Below, piece after piece: positions 50,247-57,795 of a DNA stretch of 64,000 nucleotides. Source of the stretch: an uncultured delta proteobacterium (GTDB lineage Bacteria; Myxococcota_A; Polyangia; Polyangiales; Polyangiaceae); NCBI GenBank assembly GCA_963806225.1, contig CAWDXG010000004.1, positions 2,208,001 to 2,272,000 on the forward strand, read 5' to 3'. The first letter of the stretch is position 1. Each line of letters starts with the position of its first letter. The notes under the pieces are model-generated. The model was not told the origin of the DNA and searched no databases. It saw only the letters and a program-made list of their open reading frames with translations. Position numbers and translations under genes: made by a program.

Positions 50247-51578
50247 TCACTCGTGGGTAGCAGACTGCGCAAGCCGCACCTCGTGGAGGCGCATGGCATT
50301 GGCCATGGAATCCGCAAACGCGAGCGCGCCGGAGAAGCCGAGGAACGGTCGATCGTACAGCGCGTGGCGCACGAACGAGGGAAATCCGAACTCGAGCAAC
50401 GCAACGTCGTGGCGCATGATGCCGAAGTTGTTCGTGACCAGGAGGTGCGTCTGGTCGTCCTTCAGTCGCGGCAGGAGGAAGGAGAGGAACGTCTTCATCT
50501 TCGGGTGGACAAGAAGCTCCGTTCCGGGATCCACGTCGCCTAGCGCCGCCTTCGTCTGCGCGGGCGGGTTCGTGATGATCGCGAACGGAACGTCGGCACC
50601 CAGCACCCGGATGAATTCCACGAAACCGGGCAGCATGTGCGGGTCACCGATGTAGGCGATACGCCTGTTCTGGAACAGGAACGGCACGACCCACTCCAGC
50701 CGCGGCACGACGTGGCGGAGCTCCTGCTCGATGACGCGCTCGGCGAGCTCGCGCCGGTCGAACGCCTCGCCGAGCTGCCGTATCCACGTCTCGGTCGCCG
50801 GCAAGCCGAAGGGCAGCACCGTCTCGACCAGGCGCGCTCCGAGACGCTTGGCGGCGCGCCGCGCTGCGCGCCGCCCGTACGGAAACGAGATGATCGCCGC
50901 GGCGTCGCGGATCGCCCGGACCTGTTCGAGCCGACCTCCGTCGAACCAGATGCTGACCGGCTCGAGCCCGAGCGCCCGCAGCAGGCGGCGGAGCTCGCGT
51001 ACGTTGCCGGCGTGATCCTCCTCGTTGCGGTCGAACATGTTGCCGACGATCGCCACGTGATGCGCGGGCGGCGGCGCGGCCGGCGGTTCAAGCTCCGCCG
51101 CCATGGCCTTCAGCACCTCCTCGTAGCCATCCACCCAGTCGCCAGACAGCGCGCGACCGGGCACATGGTAGATGGGCTTGCCCGATTCCGCGCTCACGGT
51201 GCGCGCGAGCCTGCCGTAATCGGCACCGGTGATGAACGCCATCGGCATGCTGGTGACGGCTGCGCCGGGGACCGCGGGGTTCATCGCGATGCGACGGAGC
51301 GCGTCCACCAGATTCTCTTCGCGCGAGGCGCTCATCTGCACCGGATGCAGCGCGGTATTGGCAATGCGGTGGTAGCCGGACACGCTCGTCAGCGTGGAGA
51401 GCCAGTCGTGGTTGCCCTGCACGTACTGCGTCTTCATGTGCACGCAGTCGGGCCCCTCCACGAGAAGGTACAGGTCCTCGATGGCATTGAGCGCCAGCGA
51501 GACACCGGTCATGAAGCTCGAACCGAAGCGCTGGGAGTGGTCCTTCTCCGGAAGGCCTGGCTCGGTAGCCGCGCTCAC
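50247..51578 (-). CDS. Nitrogenase component-1-type oxidoreductase subunit (NifK/BchB/BchZ-like fold; one Cys)
   Basis: G..LALNAIEDLYLLVEGPDC, ITGAD, ELRRLLRALGL, PFGLPATETW, FGFPSF, RPFLGFSGA. Confidence 0.82.
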   Translation of the reverse strand: MSAATEPGLPEKDHSQRFGSSFMTGVSLALNAIEDLYLLVEGPDCVHMKTQYVQGNHDWLSTLTSVSGYHRIANTALHPVQMSASREENLVDALRRIAMNPAVPGAAVTSMPMAFITGADYGRLARTVSAESGKPIYHVPGRALSGDWVDGYEEVLKAMAAELEPPAAPPPAHHVAIVGNMFDRNEEDHAGNVRELRRLLRALGLEPVSIWFDGGRLEQVRAIRDAAAIISFPYGRRAARRAAKRLGARLVETVLPFGLPATETWIRQLGEAFDRRELAERVIEQELRHVVPRLEWVVPFLFQNRRIAYIGDPHMLPGFVEFIRVLGADVPFAIITNPPAQTKAALGDVDPGTELLVHPKMKTFLSFLLPRLKDDQTHLLVTNNFGIMRHDVALLEFGFPSFVRHALYDRPFLGFSGALAFADSMANAMRLHEVRLAQSATHE

Positions 51579-53452
51579 GGCGTCTCCCTCCTGAGCCCCT
51601 CGCGGGTCCTACCCAGAAACCTTCCGTAGCGATTGAAGAACGGCGTCTCGCAGACGCCGAGCAGCCGCTCGAGCGTACGCATCGCGCCGGCGGTCCCCAG
51701 CTCGAAGTGCTGGATCGAGAAGGCCCCCTTCCCTGCCTCGCTCAGCCGCCAGTCGAAGAAGTGGTACGAGAGGAACGCCCGCGCCTCGCTCTGCCTCAAG
51801 CGCTCCCTGAGGAACTCGAAACTGTCGAACGCCCGGATCGAATGGCGTGACGGTTCGCGCAGCATCTTGCGGACAAGGCCCGCGGTGCGGCGCGCGACTT
51901 CCGGATTGCCCACGCGGATCAGTACGTCGATACCGAAGCCCATCTCCTCGATCGTTTCGAGCAACGGCACACCCCAGCTCCGTCCGGGGGTGGTGAGGAA
52001 GAACGACTCCTCGTCGCGCACCACGATTCCGAGCCGGTGCTCCCGCGCCCGGCTCCGGAGCCGCTCCCAGCGCTCCTGTTCCGGCTCGATGTGCCGCTCC
52101 CACGTCGCATCCAGATCGGCAGAGCAGCCCAGTTCGCCGGCGATGGCCTCGAGCCAGCGCCGCGTGCCCTGGAACCCGTAGGGAGCCTGGGGCGTAATGT
52201 GCGGCGTGCGGCTGCCGAAGACGAGCTGGTCGTAGATGTGTTGCCAGGTGTCGTTGGGGAACAGCACGTTCAGCTCGGCCTGTGGCAGCCGATCCACCAG
52301 GCTCTGCCGCACGTCCGGCAGGAAGCGCGCGTTAACGTCGATACCCGCCGCGCCGAGCAACTCGACCAGTTCCGGTGCGGCACGGCGCCCGCCGAAACCG
52401 ATCAGGTTCACGCTGCCCGGCACCGGGGGCGGAGCGCTGCGCTCCACCTCCAGGCGACGGTCGACCAGGAGCGTCTGGAACAGGTTGTTCATCGAGCGGG
52501 GCGTGACCGTCAGATACAGGATGCGCTTGCCGCTCTTCTTCTCCCAGCGCTTGACCACCGATTCGACGTCCTCGCCGGCCACGGTCGGCAGGCAGGTGTT
52601 GCTGAAGAAAATCAGCTTCTCGCCGAGATCCTCCTTCGCCGTGACGTATTCGAGTACGTCGTTCAGCTTGTCCGGGTTGCCGAAGACGACGTCGTCTTCT
52701 GTGAGATCGGTCGTCACCATGCCGTCTGACAGCTCGTCATCCATTGCGCCGGCGATGGGAGGCGGTTGCATCGGCTCGCGAACCCGCTCGTCCCACGGGT
52801 AGTTCACGAGCGAAACCGTGGACGTGAGCGCGTGCGGCGTGACGTTGATGCATTCGAACTCGCAGTGCTGGATGGACTGGAACAGGACGCTGGGGTCGAC
52901 CGAGTCGAGCTGCGAGCGCGCTATCTCTCCGCCGGCGAAAAAGTCTGCGTAGCTGTCGGGAGCACCCCATGTGTCGAGCAGCGAGCGCGGCCGCTCCCCC
53001 TCGTCGCGTCCCGGCGGCATGGGAAGACCCGGCTTGCCCGCCTCGGGGTCCTGCTCCAGCAGCTTCGCCAGCCGGTCCAGGCTCCAGTCCCTGAGCCGGC
53101 GAGGGCCCGCGGCCTGGACGGAGCCGAGCAACCGCGGTGCCACATCGTGATTGCGGAAGTAGACATTGAGATGGCTTGTCCTGAGCAGACCACGTGACTC
53201 CGGCTTGCGGCGCTCGACGCACAGCACCGCGGGCTCGTCCTCGCCCACGTCGACCCCGAGTTCCAGCGAGTGGTCCTTCCATGCGGCCGACACGACCCGG
53301 TAGGGCTCACCGGCCGCCTCGATCCCGAAAAGCCTGGCGAGCGCGGCACAGCTCCTCGGACCGAGCGCCACCACCCTTCCCCCGAGGGAGTTGTGCCGCT
53401 GCTCTGCTGGCGGAGCGGCCGGGAGATACGCACCTGTCCGCGGCCCGCCCAT
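51575..53452 (-). CDS. Nitrogenase component-1-type oxidoreductase subunit (NifD/BchN/BchY-like fold) with an N-terminal extension
   Basis: QHCEFEC, TTDLTEDDVVFG, SNTCLPTVAGEDV, SVNLIG, PYGFQGTRRWL. ATG 53452. Confidence 0.8.
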   Translation of the reverse strand: MGGPRTGAYLPAAPPAEQRHNSLGGRVVALGPRSCAALARLFGIEAAGEPYRVVSAAWKDHSLELGVDVGEDEPAVLCVERRKPESRGLLRTSHLNVYFRNHDVAPRLLGSVQAAGPRRLRDWSLDRLAKLLEQDPEAGKPGLPMPPGRDEGERPRSLLDTWGAPDSYADFFAGGEIARSQLDSVDPSVLFQSIQHCEFECINVTPHALTSTVSLVNYPWDERVREPMQPPPIAGAMDDELSDGMVTTDLTEDDVVFGNPDKLNDVLEYVTAKEDLGEKLIFFSNTCLPTVAGEDVESVVKRWEKKSGKRILYLTVTPRSMNNLFQTLLVDRRLEVERSAPPPVPGSVNLIGFGGRRAAPELVELLGAAGIDVNARFLPDVRQSLVDRLPQAELNVLFPNDTWQHIYDQLVFGSRTPHITPQAPYGFQGTRRWLEAIAGELGCSADLDATWERHIEPEQERWERLRSRAREHRLGIVVRDEESFFLTTPGRSWGVPLLETIEEMGFGIDVLIRVGNPEVARRTAGLVRKMLREPSRHSIRAFDSFEFLRERLRQSEARAFLSYHFFDWRLSEAGKGAFSIQHFELGTAGAMRTLERLLGVCETPFFNRYGRFLGRTREGLRRETP

Positions 53453-53454
53453 CG

Positions 53455-54267
53455 TCACCCGCTGATGAACTCGAAGAACTGCTCTTCGCCCATCGGCGTC
53501 GGCAGCGGCAGGTTGTCGAGGTCGAGCTCCAGTACCGTTTGTGCGAGCGCGTCGAGAGCCTTGGCCGACCCGGAATCGGGCGCGTGCTCCAGCACCGTGC
53601 GCCGCGCCTTCTCGGCCTCGATAATCAGCGGATCCCGCGGAACGAACGCCAGGATGCTCGAGGACAGCGTCTCGGCAAAGCGCTGGAGCATGTCGCGATC
53701 CGCATCGGGGCTCTTGAGCGAGGCCACGAACCCGCCGAGCACGACGCCGTTGTCGTGATAGGTCTTGATTGCCTTGGAAATATTGTTGGCGGCGAACAGG
53801 GCCATCGGCTCTTCGCTGATGACGATGATCACCTTCCGGGCAAACCCCTGGCGAAGCGGCGCTGCGAACCCGCCGCAGACGACGTTGCCGAGCACGTCGA
53901 ACATCACGACGTCGTAGCCGCCTGCTTCGAGCACCTCCATTTCGTCCAGGTACTCGAGGGTCCGCGCCACTCCGCGGCCGCCGCAGCCGAGGCCCGGCTG
54001 GGGCCCGCCCGCTTCGCAGCACTGGATACCGAGCCGACCGGCATGGAGGATGCGGTCGGTCGACGTCATGTTGGGGTCGTCGCGCAACGCATCGAGCACC
54101 GTGGTGATCGTGCCGTTGCCGTTCAGGAGCCGGATCGCGGAATCGTGCTTCGGATCGCAACCAACGTGGAGCACCTTCCTGCCCTTTCGGGCATAGGAGA
54201 TACTCAGGCTGGTCGCGACGACGGACTTGCCGACGCCACCCTTGCCGTAGACGGCAATGCGTTCCAA
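53455..54267 (-). CDS. NifH/BchL/CfbC-family Fe protein (nitrogenase-like reductase)
   Basis: IAVYGKGGVGKS, GCDPKHDS, EAGGPQPGLGCGGRGV, DVLGNVVCGGFAAPLR, MALFAANNI. TTG 54267 is the likely start. Confidence 0.93.
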   Translation of the reverse strand: MERIAVYGKGGVGKSVVATSLSISYARKGRKVLHVGCDPKHDSAIRLLNGNGTITTVLDALRDDPNMTSTDRILHAGRLGIQCCEAGGPQPGLGCGGRGVARTLEYLDEMEVLEAGGYDVVMFDVLGNVVCGGFAAPLRQGFARKVIIVISEEPMALFAANNISKAIKTYHDNGVVLGGFVASLKSPDADRDMLQRFAETLSSSILAFVPRDPLIIEAEKARRTVLEHAPDSGSAKALDALAQTVLELDLDNLPLPTPMGEEQFFEFISG

Positions 54268-54358
54268 TTCTCGTCGATCCAACCACAGCGATGGCGGCCG
54301 GCCAAGGCGCGCGGTGGCGCTAGGGCGGCTTGCAACGCCTCGAGCAGACATCGATCAC

Positions 54359-54389
54359 CCCCGGACGTTGACATCGGTCAAGTCCGGGG
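54359..54389. promoter_or_regulatory. Extended inverted repeat with an FNR-like core in the divergent region upstream of the Fe protein gene
   Basis: CCCCGGAC-G-TTGAC-ATCG-GTCAA-GTCCGGGG; core at 54368-54381. Confidence 0.6.
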
Positions 54390-54435
54390 CCTGCGGGGCG
54401 CGGGTGCGTCCCTGCTGCGCTAGGATCACGAATCA

Positions 54436-55773
54436 ATGCTCGCGCGCGCAGTACCGGAGCTCGCGACGCTTGGTTTCGTGCCGGCGTCGCACCGCTGGAT
54501 GGTAACGCTGTGCGCAGGCCTGAGGCGGAGCGGCATCGGCTTCAGCGAAGCCGTGCTCGCCGACGGCGCCTTGCGCGTCACGCTGCTGCCCGGCACCCGC
54601 ACAGAGCTCGTCGCCGTCATCCGACCCCGCCGAGCCGGGATCCAGGGCGTCGCCTCGACCCGTTTCTTCACGCTTGGCTTCGACGGCGCGCGGGAGCTGG
54701 GGGTCAGAGAGCGAACAGCCCTGGCTCGCCTGGTGCTCGTCCTCGGACGGCTGGAGCACGCCGTTCCCGCGGAACTTGCCGGCCACGCTGCAATCGTGCG
54801 CCGCTCGAGCGCGCCCGAACGCGACTTGTGCCGCCTATTCCCGTTCGTGGACGTCGAGCGCTCGCGCGGCGCGCGCAACGCCCATGTGGAAGTCCTGGTA
54901 CGGGCGACGCGGGCCTGCAACCAGGCCTGCCCGTTCTGCTCCGCGCCCGACCACGCCGAGCCCGACGAGGAAGCGCTCCGCGCCTGCTTCACGGCGGTGG
55001 CCAGGCTGCTCCCGGACGCGGCGCTCGTGGTTACCGGCGGAGAGCCGTCGCTCCGCCCGCACTTCATCGACGAGGTGGCTCACGCGCTCTCCCTGCCCGG
55101 CGTCGGGAGCGTGCAGGTGCAGACCAATGCGGTGCCCTTCGCGAAAAAGCATGATCCGACGCGGCTTGTCGCGGATGCAAAGCTGGGTTTCTTCGTGTCG
55201 CTCCATTCGCTTGAACCGGAGCGCTACGATCGATGTACGGGAACGCGCGGCCAGCTCGAGCCGGCCATGGAAGGCATCCGACGGCTGCTGGCGGCGGGTC
55301 ACGGCGTCACGCTCAACGTCGTAGCGAGCAGCCTCAACCTCGACCACCTCGAGGAATTGGCGCGCCGTCTCCCCGACGCGTTTCCCGGCCCGAACCGCCC
55401 GCGCCTGCACTTCTCGGCCTTGATGTGCCCGGAACGGAGCCCCGGAGCCGCGGAGTTCCTCGTGCGCTATCCCGATCTGGTCCCGGCTATCGAGCGCGCG
55501 GCCCAGGCGGCTCTCGACAGCGGAACCGAGGTCGAGTCGCTGCTCGCCTCGACCCACGCTTCGCTGCCGACCTGCGTCCTGCCCAGTCCGCTCCGTGCTG
55601 GCAGACAACGCCCCGAGCTCCGCCCGGGCGAGACAGGTCACGCGCGCGATGCAACGCCGTGGGTGAAAGCTCCGCGCTGCGCTGATTGCGGCGAAAACGC
55701 GCACTGCCTGGGCGTGCCCCGCGCCTACGCAGAGCGGTTTGGCCTGGACGACCTACAGCCGGTGAAGGGCTGA
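54436..55773 (+). CDS. HxsC-like radical SAM protein with an N-terminal extra domain
   Basis: CNQACPFC, TGGEPS, QTNA, LPTC, K..RCADC....HCLG...Y....G...L.P. Confidence 0.85.
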   Translation: MLARAVPELATLGFVPASHRWMVTLCAGLRRSGIGFSEAVLADGALRVTLLPGTRTELVAVIRPRRAGIQGVASTRFFTLGFDGARELGVRERTALARLVLVLGRLEHAVPAELAGHAAIVRRSSAPERDLCRLFPFVDVERSRGARNAHVEVLVRATRACNQACPFCSAPDHAEPDEEALRACFTAVARLLPDAALVVTGGEPSLRPHFIDEVAHALSLPGVGSVQVQTNAVPFAKKHDPTRLVADAKLGFFVSLHSLEPERYDRCTGTRGQLEPAMEGIRRLLAAGHGVTLNVVASSLNLDHLEELARRLPDAFPGPNRPRLHFSALMCPERSPGAAEFLVRYPDLVPAIERAAQAALDSGTEVESLLASTHASLPTCVLPSPLRAGRQRPELRPGETGHARDATPWVKAPRCADCGENAHCLGVPRAYAERFGLDDLQPVKG

Positions 55774-55774
55774 C

Positions 55775-56821
55775 ATGCTCCACGTGCTGGTCGGCGCCGA
55801 GTGCAACAACAACTGCTCGTTCTGCATGGAGTCCGACCGCGAAGGCCGCCGGCGCCACGTGCTGGGGCAAAGCCCTGACGACATCCGCCGATTCATCGAT
55901 GGATACGCCGAGCGCGACGAAATCCTCTTCACAAGCGGCGAGCCGACGTTGAACGAACGGCTATTGGAATATGTGCGCTGGGCGCGGGCGGCCGGCTTTT
56001 CTACCATCGGCGTGATCTCGAACGGCCGGCGGTTGGGCTACGAGAAGTACGCCCAGGCGCTGCTCGCCGCCGGCGTGAACAAGGTGACGCTCTCGATCCA
56101 CGGAGCTACCGCCGCCGTGCACGACTCGCTGACGCGCACGCCCGGCTCTTTCGTACAGTCCTCCAAGGCATTGGCAACGCTCGGTGCGCTGAAGCGGCGC
56201 CGGCGCTTCGACCTGCACACCAGCACGGTGCTGGTCCGCCGCAACCTGCCGCTCCTACGCGAGATACACCGATACCTCTCGTCGTTTCCAGTCGACCGCG
56301 TGTGTTTCAACGTGATGATGGCAAAGGGCGGCGGCGAGGAGCGCTTCGATCTGCTGATGCCCCGCTACTCGGACGTGGCGGCGTGCTTCCGCGAGCTGGC
56401 CCACGACCTCGACCGAGGAGCCATCGAGAGAACCAACCTGGCAGACGTGCCGGTCTGCGCGATGACGGGCGTCGACCGGCGGCTGCTCGGAGCGCAGGAG
56501 CACTTCGAACAGTTCGAAACGCGCCGTTCGAGCGGAGTGGCCACGCTCGGAAAGGGCGATCTCGAGCGCCTGTCGGCCGACGGCGACGCGCGCGCCGCGC
56601 GTCTGCTCGAGCGACAGGCAGAGGTCGATCTGCAGGGCGACGCCGCCTACTACCTGACCACCCGCGAGCTGAAGGACGACCTGTCCCGCGACAAGCGCGC
56701 CGAGTGCAGCACCTGCGCCTTGGACGCACGCTGTCCCGGCGTGTGGCGTCGCTATGTGGACGTGCACGGCTGGAGCGAGCTCGTTCCGGTCCGGAGAGCG
56801 GAGCGCGCGCCGTGCACTTGA
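55775..56821 (+). CDS. HxsC-like radical SAM protein
   Basis: CNNNCSFC, TSGEPT, SNGRRL, HDSLTRTPGSF, VPVC, CSTC....RCPG. Confidence 0.88.
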   Translation: MLHVLVGAECNNNCSFCMESDREGRRRHVLGQSPDDIRRFIDGYAERDEILFTSGEPTLNERLLEYVRWARAAGFSTIGVISNGRRLGYEKYAQALLAAGVNKVTLSIHGATAAVHDSLTRTPGSFVQSSKALATLGALKRRRRFDLHTSTVLVRRNLPLLREIHRYLSSFPVDRVCFNVMMAKGGGEERFDLLMPRYSDVAACFRELAHDLDRGAIERTNLADVPVCAMTGVDRRLLGAQEHFEQFETRRSSGVATLGKGDLERLSADGDARAARLLERQAEVDLQGDAAYYLTTRELKDDLSRDKRAECSTCALDARCPGVWRRYVDVHGWSELVPVRRAERAPCT

Positions 56822-56831
56822 CGATGATCAT
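56818..56831. promoter_or_regulatory. Candidate FNR/CRP-family box upstream of the polyprenyl synthase
   Basis: TTGAC-GATG-ATCAT, overlapping the previous stop codon. Confidence 0.45.
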
Positions 56832-56902
56832 CTCCCAGCTCGGTTTCGGCGTCGGCTCCCTGATTCCGCACGCGACGCCGGGCTCGGCGCGGTAGCATCG
56901 AG

Positions 56903-57718
56903 ATGTTGTCAATCAACCCCGAGCTTGCCCGGCTGCGGGCGGCGATCGACCGCGCGCTGCCGGACCTATTGCCGTCCGGCGCGACCATTCCCCGTTCGCT
57001 GACCCGCGTGATGGGCCATGCCGTGCTTTCCGGCGGCAAGCGCTTGCGTCCGATCCTGACGCTGGCCGCCGCTGAGTTCCTCGGCGCCAACCCCGGGTCC
57101 TTGATGAGGAGCGCCTGCGGCATCGAGCTGGTGCACAAGAGCTCGCTGGTGCTGGACGACTTGCCCTGCATGGACGACAACGATCTTCGCCGGGGGAAGC
57201 CGTCGACGCACCAGCTGTTCGGCGAGTCGAGCGCGATTCTCGGATCGGCGTCGCTCTTGTGCCACGGCATCGATCTCGTGTGCGAAAACGCCCAGCAGCT
57301 GGAGATCCCGACGGAACGCGCCCTACTGGCGGTCCGCGGGCTCACTGCCGCTGTCGGCGCGGCAGGCATGTGCGGCGGCCAGGAGCTCGATCTCGATGCG
57401 CGCCCGCGCGGTCCGGCTCTGCGCGGGCGCATCCGCCAGCAGAAGACCGCCGTGCTGTTTAGCGCGGCCGCTGCCACCCCCGCGCTGCTGCTGGGCACGC
57501 CGGCCACGACGGTGGAGGCGCTTACGAGCTTTGGCAGCGCTCTCGGCGACGCCTTCCACCTCGGCGACGACATCCTCGACAACGAGATCGAGCCCAAAGC
57601 CGGACGCCAACTCCTGTTCGAGCGGGTCGATGCGGCCAAGCAGAAGCTGGGCGATCTCCAGGGGCGTAGCAACCTGCTGCTCTGCGTGGCCGATGCCATC
57701 CAGAACCGCGAGGCGTGA
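56903..57718 (+). CDS. Trans-isoprenyl diphosphate synthase (FPP/GGPP synthase family)
   Basis: GGKRLRP, SLVLDDLPCMD..RRG, GQELD, KTA, FHLGDDILD. Confidence 0.92.
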   Translation: MLSINPELARLRAAIDRALPDLLPSGATIPRSLTRVMGHAVLSGGKRLRPILTLAAAEFLGANPGSLMRSACGIELVHKSSLVLDDLPCMDDNDLRRGKPSTHQLFGESSAILGSASLLCHGIDLVCENAQQLEIPTERALLAVRGLTAAVGAAGMCGGQELDLDARPRGPALRGRIRQQKTAVLFSAAAATPALLLGTPATTVEALTSFGSALGDAFHLGDDILDNEIEPKAGRQLLFERVDAAKQKLGDLQGRSNLLLCVADAIQNREA

Positions 57719-57795
57719 ACCATGGAGCCTGTTTTTCGATCGCACGCGGGCCTAATGGATGACGGCGCGGCCCGCGCGGGCCCACGGACGACGTG

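Noticed and set aside
50247..54267. Nitrogen fixation (nifHDK) or methylthio-alkane reductase
   Set aside because: Too few Cys for a P-cluster, no visible FeMo-co ligands, and no nifB/E/N in the window.
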